From an uncultured delta proteobacterium (lineage in GTDB: Bacteria > Desulfobacterota > Binatia > DP-6): DNA of 64,000 nt. The position numbers and the translations under genes were made by a program. The stretch covers positions 1,142,846 to 1,206,845 of the forward strand of contig CAVVBN010000010.1 of NCBI GenBank assembly GCA_963746505.1. Reading direction: 5' to 3'. The notes beneath the pieces were generated by a model, which did not search any database, was not told the origin of the DNA, and worked only from the letters and a program-made list of their open reading frames with translations. Shown here one piece after another: positions 55,241 through 64,000 of the stretch (within the stretch, counting starts at the first letter, position 1; every line of letters begins with the position of its first letter).

Positions 55241-56661
55241 ATGCCCGTCGCCGCGACCTATCGTCCCGCGCCCCTGCATCCGCAGCTCGGCGACGCCTTC
55301 TACGACGTCGTCGAGCCGGCACGGTTTCCCGCGGCACACGCTCCGCCACCGCAACCAGCGCTGGGCCGAGCGCGTCGGCCTCGGCGCGCTCGACGGACGC
55401 CGAGTGGGAGGACCACTTCGCGCGCTTCGCGCCGCTGCCCGACAACCTGCCGCGAGCCGCTCGCGCTGCGCTACCACGGCCACCAGTTCCGCGCGTACAA
55501 CCCCGCGCTCGGCGACGGCCGCGGCTTCCTCTTCGCGCAGCTGCGCGACGTCGAGGACGGCCGCCTGCTCGACCTGGCGACCAAGGGCAGCGGGCAGACG
55601 CCGTGGTCGCGCGGCGGCGACGGCCGGCTGACGCTCAAGGGCGGCGTGCGCGAGGTGCTGGCGACCGCGATGCTGGAGGCGCTCGGCGTCCCGACGTCGA
55701 AGTCGTTCAGCCTGTTCGAGACCGGCGAGCACGCTGGAGCGCGGCGACGAGCCCTCGCCGACGCGGTCGTCGGTGCTGGTCCGGCTCGTCGCACTCGCAC
55801 GTCCGCTTCGGCACCTTCCAGCGCCTCGCGCTACCACGGCGACGTCGACGGCGCTGCGCGCGGCTGGTCGAGTTCTCGGTCGCGCACTACCTGCCCGAAG
55901 CGCCGCAGGCGCCGCCGACACGCCCGTCGCCTTCCTGCGCGCCGTCGCCGCGCGCAGCGCGCGCCTCTGCGCCGCGTGGATGGCCGCCGGCTTCGTCCAC
56001 GGCGTGCTCAACACCGACAACATGAACGTCACCGGCGAGAGCTTCGACTACGGTCCGTACCGCTTCCTGCCGACGTTGCGACCCCGACTTCGTCGCCGCC
56101 TACTTCGACGCGAGCGGTCTGTATGCGTTCGGCCGCCAGCCCGCGACGGTGCAGTGGAATCTCGAGCGCCTCGCCGAGACGCTGACGCCGCTCGCGCCGG
56201 CGGCCGCGCTCGGATCGGCGCTCGCCGCCTACGGACCCGCGTTCCGCGACGCGTTCGACGCCGCGATGCTCGATCGCCTCGGGATCGGCTCGGCGGGTCC
56301 GGACGAGGATCATCTCCTCGTCGAGTCGATGCTCGCGTTCCTCGAGGCGAGCCGGGTGGGCTTCGACCGGTTCTTCTTCGACTGGTACGGCGGCCCGGCA
56401 AGCGCCGGGCGCGCCGCCCGGAGTCCCTTCGCCGCGCACTACGCCGGGGCGCCGCTTCGCGGCCGCTCCGTCGGCGCCTCGACGAACACGCCATCCGTCG
56501 CTCGCCCCGCGCAGCCGTACTGGCAGCGCCAGGCCCCGTGCTCGCTCCTGATCGACGAGATCGAGGCGCTCTGGGCGGCCATCGCCGAGCGCGACGACTG
56601 GACGCCGTTCGACGCCAAGCTCGACGCCATCGACGAGCTGCGACGCGCCGTCGCCCGCTGA
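55241..56661 (+). pseudogene. selO: protein adenylyltransferase SelO (YdiU/UPF0061); heavily frameshifted as assembled
   Basis: Pieces lie across three frames: [99 protein letters not shown], and the intact tail in ORF 56149-56661. At least 5 indels. Confidence 0.75.
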
Positions 56662-56664
56662 CGA

Positions 56665-58683
56665 TCAGGGGAGACGCGGGGTCAGCCGCTCGACGATCCG
56701 GTCGATGGCCGCGGCCAGCATCGTACGGTCGAGCAGGAGGCCGCCGTCGCCGCCGACCTCGGGGTCGAGCCATCCGCACGCGAACTCGTCGCGCACGGCA
56801 TGGAAGGCGGACCAGTCCCAGCGGTGGAGCACGGGCGTCGGCTGCATGGCGCAGGGAATCGGCACCCCGCGGGCCCGGTGGTCGTGCAGGAAGGCTGCGG
56901 CACGCTCCGCGGTGCTGAAGAGCGCGCAGCAGTCGGCGCGTCCGGGAATCGTCAACAGCTGCGCGCTGCCGGTGTCGGTCTCGAGCCCGAGGTACCAGCG
57001 CGGCCAATCGGCGACCAGACGGGCCGCGAGGGTCGCGGGTATCCGCCGCGCATCGAGGAGCCGCCGCGTCGTGACGACGAGATCGCCGCCGTCGGGCTGG
57101 CGCCCTTCGAGCCGCACCCAGGCGTCGAGCATCGCCAGGTCCACGTGCTCCAGCGGCAGCGGCCGCCCATCCGGCGTCGTGAGCAGGATGCCCGCCACGT
57201 CGCGCGCCGCGGCGAGCCAGTCCGTGAACGGCGCCGCGGCGTGCAGGTCCGACGAGGCGACCTGTGCCCCGAGCCAGCGGCGTCCGTCGTGTTCGACGAT
57301 CGCGTCGCCGCAAGCGAGCCGCGGCCAGGCCGCGAGCAGCGCCCGCACGACCTCGGGCTTGAGCCCCCGCGCACCGGCGAGTCGTCCGAGACCATCGACC
57401 GGCACCGGCGTCACGTGACCGAGGTCCGCCACCTCGTGACAGAGCGGATACACGGCGGGCAGCACCCACGCGCTCGGCGCCACGGCCCAGCCACCGGTTC
57501 CGGTGTGCGCGTCGATGGCGAGTGCGTCGATCGGCGCAGGGCACGCCCAGATCCACCGCAGGAGCTCCACGCCCGTCGCATGCACGAGCCGACGCTCGCC
57601 AGGCGGGTTGGCGGCGACGAGCGCCCGCGCGACCGATTCCTCGGTGCTCGCGTGCACCACCCGCCGTCCGGGCTCGCTCGGATGGGGCCATATCTGCGGC
57701 CAGGCGCGTCCGCCCGCGGGAAGTCCCGCCACCGGAACCCACAGGTCGATCTCGAAGGCGAGCGCCTCGATCCACTCGGCCGCCGACAGCGAGTCCACCG
57801 CGGCGCTTCGCCGATAGCTCTCGAAGAGCGCGCGGGCGTCGTCGTCCCGGCGACCCGCCGGCGGGACAACGATCCCGGACGCTGCTACCGGCGGTGGGCT
57901 CGCCTGGGCGGCTGCCGCCAGCTCGTCCACGTCCAGCAGGCGCGCCGTCGGGAGGGCGGCGTCGACGACGATGCGCGTCGCCCCCGTGCTGCGGGAGAAG
58001 GCCACGAGCGCGCCGACGTCGCACGGCTGGGTCGCGATCGTGGGACGCAGCTCGTGCAGGCGGAGCACGCCCTCCGCCGCCGCGTCGGTCGACTCGTAGG
58101 CGAGCATCTCGGCAGCACCGTCGGCGCCGGGCTGCACGAGCATCGCGCCGCGGTCGGTGACGACCTGGAGGATGCCGCGCGCAGCCAGCTGCTCGATGCT
58201 GAGCAGCGCGTAGAGGCGCGTCAGCGCCTCGCGCGACAGCCGCAGTGCGTGCGCCGCGCCCTCGTCGAACGCGACGCCGGCCGCGTCCGATGCGAGGCAG
58301 TCGCGCAGGTGCTCGACGGTGGCGCGGCGCTCGAGCGCGAGCGAGCCGGCGAACGGCTGCGCGCTCACCCAGGCCTCGGCGAGCTGCGGATCGGTGAAGA
58401 CCATCGGGAGCACGCCGTCGGGGCTCGGAAGGGCCATCCCGGGCGGCACGCCGAGCTCGGTGAGGAAGTCGAAGGCCTCCGCCGGCCGCTCGACGAGGAT
58501 CAGCTCCGGCAGGCGCGCCAGCGCATCGGCCAGCTCGCGCGGGGTCGCGTCGCCGCGGCGCGCTCGCCGCAGCGCCTCCTCGAGCGGTGCGGCCATGGCC
58601 TGCGTCACGGCTGGGGGCGTGCCGACCGAGTCCAGCCGACCGCGCTCGTGCACGAGCGCGGGGCTGTCCTCGAGTCGCGACAT
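56665..58683 (-). CDS. large hypothetical protein built of about 4-5 degenerate SseB-like modules
   Basis: The frame is intact, with 673 codons from ATG 58683. The table ORF extends to 59001, but that leader is Arg/Ser-rich. A recurring module signature is present: [50 protein letters not shown]. There is no TM helix or signal peptide. Confidence 0.55.
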   Translation of the reverse strand: MSRLEDSPALVHERGRLDSVGTPPAVTQAMAAPLEEALRRARRGDATPRELADALARLPELILVERPAEAFDFLTELGVPPGMALPSPDGVLPMVFTDPQLAEAWVSAQPFAGSLALERRATVEHLRDCLASDAAGVAFDEGAAHALRLSREALTRLYALLSIEQLAARGILQVVTDRGAMLVQPGADGAAEMLAYESTDAAAEGVLRLHELRPTIATQPCDVGALVAFSRSTGATRIVVDAALPTARLLDVDELAAAAQASPPPVAASGIVVPPAGRRDDDARALFESYRRSAAVDSLSAAEWIEALAFEIDLWVPVAGLPAGGRAWPQIWPHPSEPGRRVVHASTEESVARALVAANPPGERRLVHATGVELLRWIWACPAPIDALAIDAHTGTGGWAVAPSAWVLPAVYPLCHEVADLGHVTPVPVDGLGRLAGARGLKPEVVRALLAAWPRLACGDAIVEHDGRRWLGAQVASSDLHAAAPFTDWLAAARDVAGILLTTPDGRPLPLEHVDLAMLDAWVRLEGRQPDGGDLVVTTRRLLDARRIPATLAARLVADWPRWYLGLETDTGSAQLLTIPGRADCCALFSTAERAAAFLHDHRARGVPIPCAMQPTPVLHRWDWSAFHAVRDEFACGWLDPEVGGDGGLLLDRTMLAAAIDRIVERLTPRLP

Positions 58684-58738
58684 CCTCCTATGTCGGCAGA
58701 TCGCACCCGAACCTTGAGCAGGGTAGCCTTCATGTCGG

Positions 58739-61261
58739 ATGCAGGACCTGAACCAGCGCGCCCGCCGGGGTATCCGGGTGCTCCTGCTTCGCCAGGGCCT
58801 CCTGCAGCTCATGGCGCTCGGCGGCGGCATCGTCGTCGCGCGCCGGCTGGGCCCCGGGCCGCTCGGCGTGTTCGGGATCGTGGTCTTCGTCGCCAACGTC
58901 GGCGGGCTGCTCGCCGAATTCGGCCTGAAGACCGCGCTCGTCCGTCGGGCCGACCCGGTGACCGACCGCGAGCTCGTCACGAGCGTCACCCTCCGCCACA
59001 TCCTGGTGACGGTGATCGTGGGCGCCCTCCTCGTCGGCGCACCGTCGCTCGCCGCGCTCTATCCGCGCGTCCCGCCGGACCTCGCGTGGCTGCTGCGCCT
59101 GATCGCCGTCGATCTCTATTTCCGCGCGTGGCGCGCGACGAGCGAGGTGCAGCTCGAGCGCGCGCTCCGCTTCGAGGCCCTGGCGTTCGCCGACGTGGTG
59201 GCGACCGTCGGCTACCAGGTCGTCTCGGTCGGGCTCGTGCTCGCCGGCTGGGGCGTCGAGGGTCTGGTCTGGGGCGTGCTCGTCGGGGATGTCCTCCGCG
59301 TCGTCCTCCTCTATCGGGCCTCGCCGTGGCCCATCCGCCTCGCGCTCGATCCGGGCATCACGCGCGAGCTGCTGCAGTTCGGAGGATCGGTCCAGGCGAG
59401 CCAGCTCATCAGCCAGGCCCCCGCATGGGTCACGCCGACGCTCGTGGCGGGACTCGTCGGGCCCGAGGCGGTCGGCCTCCTCAACTGGGCCGCGTGGATC
59501 GGACGGAAGCCGTTGGAGGTCCTGGAGAGCGTCGTGCGGGTATCGGTCTCGCACTTCGCCCGGCTGCAGGACGACGTCGCCGCGATGGAGCACGTCCTCG
59601 GCCGCTACGTCGTGGCCTCCCTCCTCGCCTGCGGACTGTGGGTCGCCGTTCTCTGCGTGGCCGGCAACGACCTCGTCCGACTGATCTATTCGGAGCGGTG
59701 GGTGCCGGGCATGCCGGCGCTCCTCATCTTCGCGGCGGCGACGATGCTGGCCACGGTGCGATGGATCGCCTCGTCGGCGCTCGTCGGCCTCGGCCGCATG
59801 CGCTTCACCGCGCAGGTCATGACCGTGACGTCGCTCCTCGCCGTCGGGTCGAGCGTCCTCCTCGTGCTCTGGCTCGGCGTGCTGGGCGTCCCCCTCGGGC
59901 AGCTCGTCGGGATGGCGGTGTCGGCGCCGTGGCTGCTCGCCGGTCTCCGCCCCGGGACGTCCGCACGCGTGCTGCGGCAGGCGTCCCGGGTGTTCATTCC
60001 CATGGGCACGTCGATGGCCGCAGGAGCCGTCGCGGCGTTGCTCCCGGTCGAGCCGGCCGCTCGCGGGGTGATCACGGCCGGAGTGGTGACCGTCGTCTAT
60101 TGCGGTGTCGCCTGGCGCCTCGGCGCCGACTGGCTGCGGGCGATCGCGCGCGAGGAGCTGCAGCCGATGTGGCCCGAGGGCTTCCTCAGCGCCTGCGTCG
60201 TCGGATCGCGACGGATGGAGGACGGGCTGCGCTCCGCGTACCTGCGCGCCTTCCCCGCAGCCGTCCTCGCCGTCGTCGACCCACCGCTCCGGCGCGCGGC
60301 CGCCACCGCGCGGAAGGTCGCGGCGATGCCCTTCTACCTCCGGCAGCGGGTCGCCGTGTGCACGGGAGCCTGCGCGCGCGGCCCCATGCGGATCGCACTC
60401 TGGGGCAAACCCGACTCCCCCCGTGCGCTGTTCGACCTGCTCTTCGACGGCGTGCCCGCCGTCGAGTGGCGCGAGACGCGACTCCTGCCAGCGGTCCTCG
60501 ACGAGGCCCCCGCATTCGACGCCGACCTCCTCGTCGCCGAGACGACGCCGGCCCTCGCTCCCGCATTTCGCCGACGGGGATGGCTCGTGGTGCCGAACCA
60601 GGTCCGCTTCGGCGCGAGTCTCACGGCGCTCCGCGCCGCGGCCGCCCGCCCCTCGAAGTCGCTGCGATCGGATTTCCAGCTGATCGCGCGGGCCGGCTAT
60701 CGAACGGAGGTCCGTCCGTACACGACGGCCCTCGGCCGCCGCAGCTTCGACGACTACATCCTCCCGCATGCCCGGGCGCGCTTCGGGGCGGCCTCGGGCG
60801 TGTCCGCATTCCGGTGGTTCGACGTGCAATCCCGCCCCAGCCACGTCCTCGCCGTGTTCGCGCCCGGCGCCCGGGAGCCCGACGCCGTCGCGATCGTCAT
60901 CCCGCGTGGGCGGGTCCTCTGGTTCAAGAGCCTCGGCACGCGCGGCGGCGACCCCGCGATCGCGCGCGCCGGCGCCATCCATGCCCTCTACGAGGCCGCG
61001 ATCGGCTTCGCCGCGGAGCACGGCTTCGCGGCGATCGATGCCGGGCGGTGCCGGCCGTGGCGTCGGGACGGCGTCGCGGCATACAAGTGGAAGCGCGGCT
61101 TCCGCCCGATCCCCGACGGCGCACAGACGATCGAATACGCCATTCGCATCCTGCGTCCGGAATCCGCCGCAGCGCGGCGGCTCGGCGAGGCCGGTGTGTT
61201 CGTACGCGTGGGAGCCGGGTTTCGCGTCCTGGGCCTGGACGGCGCGCTCACGGACGCGTGA
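58739..61261 (+). CDS. fusion protein: Wzx/MOP-type polysaccharide flippase (N-terminal, about 470 aa) + CelD/BcsL-type GNAT (FemAB-fold) domain (C-terminal, about 350 aa)
   Basis: Intact 840 codons. The N-terminal half has at least 10 hydrophobic segments and a Wzx-like start (LLLRQGLLQLMALGGGIVVARRLGPGPLGVFGIV). The C-terminal half is soluble, with GAIHALYEAAIGFAAEHGFAAIDAGR and AAYKWKRGFRP, which are reminiscent of Acetyltransf_6/FemAB-like GNATs. Confidence 0.65.
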   Translation: MQDLNQRARRGIRVLLLRQGLLQLMALGGGIVVARRLGPGPLGVFGIVVFVANVGGLLAEFGLKTALVRRADPVTDRELVTSVTLRHILVTVIVGALLVGAPSLAALYPRVPPDLAWLLRLIAVDLYFRAWRATSEVQLERALRFEALAFADVVATVGYQVVSVGLVLAGWGVEGLVWGVLVGDVLRVVLLYRASPWPIRLALDPGITRELLQFGGSVQASQLISQAPAWVTPTLVAGLVGPEAVGLLNWAAWIGRKPLEVLESVVRVSVSHFARLQDDVAAMEHVLGRYVVASLLACGLWVAVLCVAGNDLVRLIYSERWVPGMPALLIFAAATMLATVRWIASSALVGLGRMRFTAQVMTVTSLLAVGSSVLLVLWLGVLGVPLGQLVGMAVSAPWLLAGLRPGTSARVLRQASRVFIPMGTSMAAGAVAALLPVEPAARGVITAGVVTVVYCGVAWRLGADWLRAIAREELQPMWPEGFLSACVVGSRRMEDGLRSAYLRAFPAAVLAVVDPPLRRAAATARKVAAMPFYLRQRVAVCTGACARGPMRIALWGKPDSPRALFDLLFDGVPAVEWRETRLLPAVLDEAPAFDADLLVAETTPALAPAFRRRGWLVVPNQVRFGASLTALRAAAARPSKSLRSDFQLIARAGYRTEVRPYTTALGRRSFDDYILPHARARFGAASGVSAFRWFDVQSRPSHVLAVFAPGAREPDAVAIVIPRGRVLWFKSLGTRGGDPAIARAGAIHALYEAAIGFAAEHGFAAIDAGRCRPWRRDGVAAYKWKRGFRPIPDGAQTIEYAIRILRPESAAARRLGEAGVFVRVGAGFRVLGLDGALTDA

Positions 61262-62561
61262 CGAGCCCGAGCGTGCCGACGCGCGCACGCAGGTGCGCGA
61301 GGTGCGCCGCATCGCGACCGAGCAGCAGGAGCCACGCGAACGTAGAGCCCACGGGTCCGACGTGTCGGGTCGTCAAGAAGGTCGGGAGCACGCCGCCGCG
61401 TTCTGGCGCCTCCGGCCGCAGGAACTCCTCCCCGAAGTGCCGCCGGAACCGTGCCAGCGTGAGCGGCACCCCGAGCATGCGACGGGCCTCGAACTGCCAG
61501 ACGAACCCGCGGCCCGCCCGCTCGCTGAGGGCAACCACCGCCGCCCAGGGGAACATCATCCCGGTCATGCGGATGTTCGGGTCGAGCGCCAGGAACCGCG
61601 GCCTGTCGACGCCCTCCACGAGGAAGCCGTCGATCCCCGCCGGCGCGTCCACGTAGCCGAGGTCCCTGAGCCAGCCGGCGATTCCTGCGAGCGCGCGGCG
61701 GATCGGCGCGATCTCGTCGGCCTTCCACTCGGGCTCGACGAGTCCGCCGCGGAACACGTGCCGGCGGATGATCTGCTCGGAGAAGAAGAGCGGCGCGAAC
61801 CCCGCGGCGGTCACGAACCCGTGCGTCGCGACGTTGCGGAGGATCCGCGTCGCGGGAACGTACGCCGAGACGAGCACGTCGCCGCGCGCGCGGAGTCGCC
61901 GCCAGACGCGGCGCGCCGCGCGGAGCGTCGGCGCGTAGTGGACGTCACGGCCGGCGGAACCGCGGCGCAGCCGCAGGATGCACCCCGCGCCATACGGCTC
62001 GTGCAGCGCGCGAAATGCGTCCTCGAGCCCGCCGCGCTCCGTCACGCGGCGCATCGGTACCGCCTCGAAGCCGTAGCGAGATGCCGCCTCGGCGAGCGCG
62101 AGCTTGTCGTTCGCGGCGTCGTACGCCGCCGACGGCGGTGCCCATGCTGGCGTGAGACCGAGCCGCGCGACCAGGGCGTCGGCCGCTGCGTCGTTGTAGG
62201 CGAGGACGAGCCGCGCGATCCCACGGTCGGCGCGGAGACGCTCGCAGAGCGCCGCGTCCTTGAGGACGAGCCGCACGACGCTCGTGCGCGCCGTCGGCCC
62301 GGCGGGACAGAAGACGCGTGCCGGACCGAGCCCGAGGCTCCGGTGATAGTCGAGCACCTCCTCGGAGATCGGCGTGGCGGTGACGACGCTGGCGCCGACG
62401 TGGATGCCATGACCCCGGAAGTGCTGCCCGGCCGACGCATTGTCGCCCTCGCCGTCGAGGGCGCTCACGACGAGCGAGTCCGGCGCCCGCAGGGCCGCGA
62501 GCATGCGATCCGCGGCCGGGACGTCGGTGATGCCCAGCTGGACCCACGGCGGCGCAGTCAC
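61248..62561 (-). CDS. ATP-grasp domain protein (peptide/amide ligase type)
   Basis: Intact 437 codons from GTG 62561. ATP-grasp features are [35 protein letters not shown], and [26 protein letters not shown] (the Mg/ATP loop in an ExNxR-like position). Confidence 0.6.
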   Translation of the reverse strand: MTAPPWVQLGITDVPAADRMLAALRAPDSLVVSALDGEGDNASAGQHFRGHGIHVGASVVTATPISEEVLDYHRSLGLGPARVFCPAGPTARTSVVRLVLKDAALCERLRADRGIARLVLAYNDAAADALVARLGLTPAWAPPSAAYDAANDKLALAEAASRYGFEAVPMRRVTERGGLEDAFRALHEPYGAGCILRLRRGSAGRDVHYAPTLRAARRVWRRLRARGDVLVSAYVPATRILRNVATHGFVTAAGFAPLFFSEQIIRRHVFRGGLVEPEWKADEIAPIRRALAGIAGWLRDLGYVDAPAGIDGFLVEGVDRPRFLALDPNIRMTGMMFPWAAVVALSERAGRGFVWQFEARRMLGVPLTLARFRRHFGEEFLRPEAPERGGVLPTFLTTRHVGPVGSTFAWLLLLGRDAAHLAHLRARVGTLGLVTRP

Positions 62562-62671
62562 GAGACGGCAGCCATGCCCGAACCCGCACCGGAAAGCGAG
62601 CCCGCCCTCGGGGCTGGCATCGACTGTCGACTCCCCGCATGAGAGGAGAGGAGACCGACGAGGAGGACTCG

Positions 62672-63355
62672 ATGATCGACCTGTACACCGCTCCCACCCC
62701 GAACGGCTGGAAGGCGTCCATCACGCTCGAGGAACTCGAGATCCCGTACGAGGTCCACATCGTGAATCTGATGGCGGGAGACCAGAAGCAGCCCGCCTAT
62801 CTGAAGATCAACCCGAACGGCCGCATCCCGGCGATCGTCGACCGCGACGAGGACGGCTTCGCGGTCTTCGAGTCGGGCGCGATCATGATCTACCTCGCCG
62901 AGAAGGCAGGCCGGCTCCTGCCGAGCGATCGGCGCGGACGCTCGCGCGTGATCCAGTGGCTCATGTTCCAGATGGGCGGCGTCGGCCCGATGATGGGCCA
63001 GGCGAACGTCTTCTACCGGTACTTCCCGGAGAAGCTGCAGCCGGCGATCGACCGCTACCAGAACGAGTGCCGCCGGCTGTTCGAGGTGCTCGACGGCCGG
63101 CTCGGCGAGAGCGAGTGGCTCGCCGGCGACTACTCGATCGCCGACATCGCCAACTGGTCGTGGGTGCGCACCTACAAGTGGTCGGGCGTCTCCGTCGACG
63201 GTCTCGACCACCTGCAGCGATGGATGACCGCGATGTCCGCGCGTCCCGCGTGCCGGCGCGGCGTCGACGTCCCGTTCCCGCTGCCGGCGCTCACCGACGA
63301 CGACAAGGGCGCGGAGGAGTTCGCGAAGAACGCCTCGACCATCGTCCAGCGCTGA
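62672..63355 (+). CDS. yfcG: Nu-class glutathione S-transferase (YfcG-like disulfide reductase)
   Basis: ATG 62672 begins [62 protein letters not shown]. This is close to the E. coli YfcG layout as I remember it. Confidence 0.8.
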   Translation: MIDLYTAPTPNGWKASITLEELEIPYEVHIVNLMAGDQKQPAYLKINPNGRIPAIVDRDEDGFAVFESGAIMIYLAEKAGRLLPSDRRGRSRVIQWLMFQMGGVGPMMGQANVFYRYFPEKLQPAIDRYQNECRRLFEVLDGRLGESEWLAGDYSIADIANWSWVRTYKWSGVSVDGLDHLQRWMTAMSARPACRRGVDVPFPLPALTDDDKGAEEFAKNASTIVQR

Positions 63356-63401
63356 CCGCCGAGTTGTCCGAGGCCGGGGCCCTGGGCTACGAGCGAGTAG
63401 T

Positions 63402-64000
63402 ATGGCCGTGCTCGCAACCCAGGTCGACCCCCGCTCCGAGGCGTACCGCACCAACCACGCGGCCATGGCCGCGCAGGTGCGCTTCCTCGACGAGCAGCTC
63501 GCCCTCGCCCGCGCGGGGGGCGGCGAGAAGTACGTCACGCGGCACCGCCAGCGCGGCAAGCTGCTGGCGCGCGAGCGCATCGAGCTGCTCGTCGACCGCG
63601 ACAGCCCGTTCCTGGAGCTCTCGCCGCTCGCCGCGTGGGGCACCGAGTACGCGCTCGGCGCGAACGTCGTCACCGGCGTCGGCGTGGTGAGCGGCGTCGA
63701 GTGCGTGATCACGGCGAACGACCCGACGATGAAGGGCGGCGCGATCAATCCGATCACGCTGGCGAAGACCGTCGCGCGCGATGGAGATCGCCGCGACGAA
63801 TCGGATGCCGGTCATCAACCTGACCGAATCGGCCGGCGCCGACCTGCCCGAGCAGGCGAAGATCTTCGTCCCGCGGCGGACGCGCAGTTCCGCGAGCTGA
63901 CGCGGCGCTCGGCCGAGCGCATCCCGACGATCTGCCTCGTCTTCGGCAGCTCGACCGCCGGCGGCGCCTACATCCCCGGCATGTCGCGACTACGTCGTCA
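63402..64000 (+). pseudogene. acyl-CoA carboxyltransferase beta subunit (methylcrotonyl-/propionyl-CoA carboxylase type); 3' end beyond the window; two compensating frameshifts
   Basis: My own translation from ATG 63402 gives [89 protein letters not shown], then ICLVFGSSTAGGAYIPGMS. The middle segment ([25 protein letters not shown]) is in another frame. Confidence 0.75.

Noticed and set aside
58684-59001. An upstream extension of the SseB-like ORF to the table start at 59001.
   Set aside because: The extra 106 codons are Arg/Ser/Pro/Thr-rich and overlap the start of the flippase-fusion gene on the other strand. ATG 58683 is preferred, although its aggagg lies immediately adjacent to the ATG, so the start remains uncertain.
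56800-61656. A 1618-codon plus-strand ORF, the longest in the window.
   Set aside because: Its translation is an Arg/Pro/Gly/Ala-rich low-complexity string. It runs antisense to the SseB-like gene and out of frame through the flippase-fusion gene, both of which have protein-like sequences. It is a typical stop-free shadow frame of high-GC DNA.

Overview
The window is very GC-rich (third codon positions are almost always G/C) and densely packed with about 55 protein-coding genes. I found no rRNA, tRNA, CRISPR array, transposase, integrase or phage gene. Gene content is metabolic and envelope-related, typical of an environmental Gram-negative lineage; I cannot place the taxon from sequence alone.

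Recognisable genes include:
- an ABC-2 exporter operon, a crotonase, an F420/LLM-type oxidoreductase, a UbiB-like kinase, and an AraC regulator with an O-methyltransferase and VOC proteins;
- an MFS-P450-thioesterase-ferredoxin-hydroxylase-fucosidase operon;
- an orphan GAF histidine kinase;
- a cNMP-gated MscS channel co-transcribed with an outer-membrane beta-barrel, divergent from a translationally coupled adenylate cyclase / GGDEF pair;
- a five-gene operon headed by PFOR (nifJ type);
- a second beta-barrel paired with a MATE pump, an amidase, and a pectin-acetylesterase-like / DUF1624 acyltransferase pair;
- cysH with a MarR regulator, lon, GtrA with a glycosyltransferase, and a split FabZ-like dehydratase pair with reductases and a methyltransferase;
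- SelO, a Nu-class GST, and a partial acyl-CoA carboxyltransferase.

The best candidate for an undescribed system is 56.7-62.6 kb. It holds an intact 840-codon Wzx-like flippase fused to a CelD/FemAB-like GNAT domain. That gene overlaps an ATP-grasp ligase convergently and is divergent from a 673-codon protein built of repeated SseB-like modules.

Other notable signals:
- a more A/T-rich 2.6-kb islet bracketed by about 92%-identical copies of the 3' end of a VOC gene;
- a roughly 150-nt nested GC-rich palindrome;
- strikingly non-random clustering of frameshifts, where roughly half the genes are broken as assembled while about 25 kb of long genes are intact.

Frameshifted genes are listed as pseudogene with full-span coordinates. 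They may equally be assembly indels.
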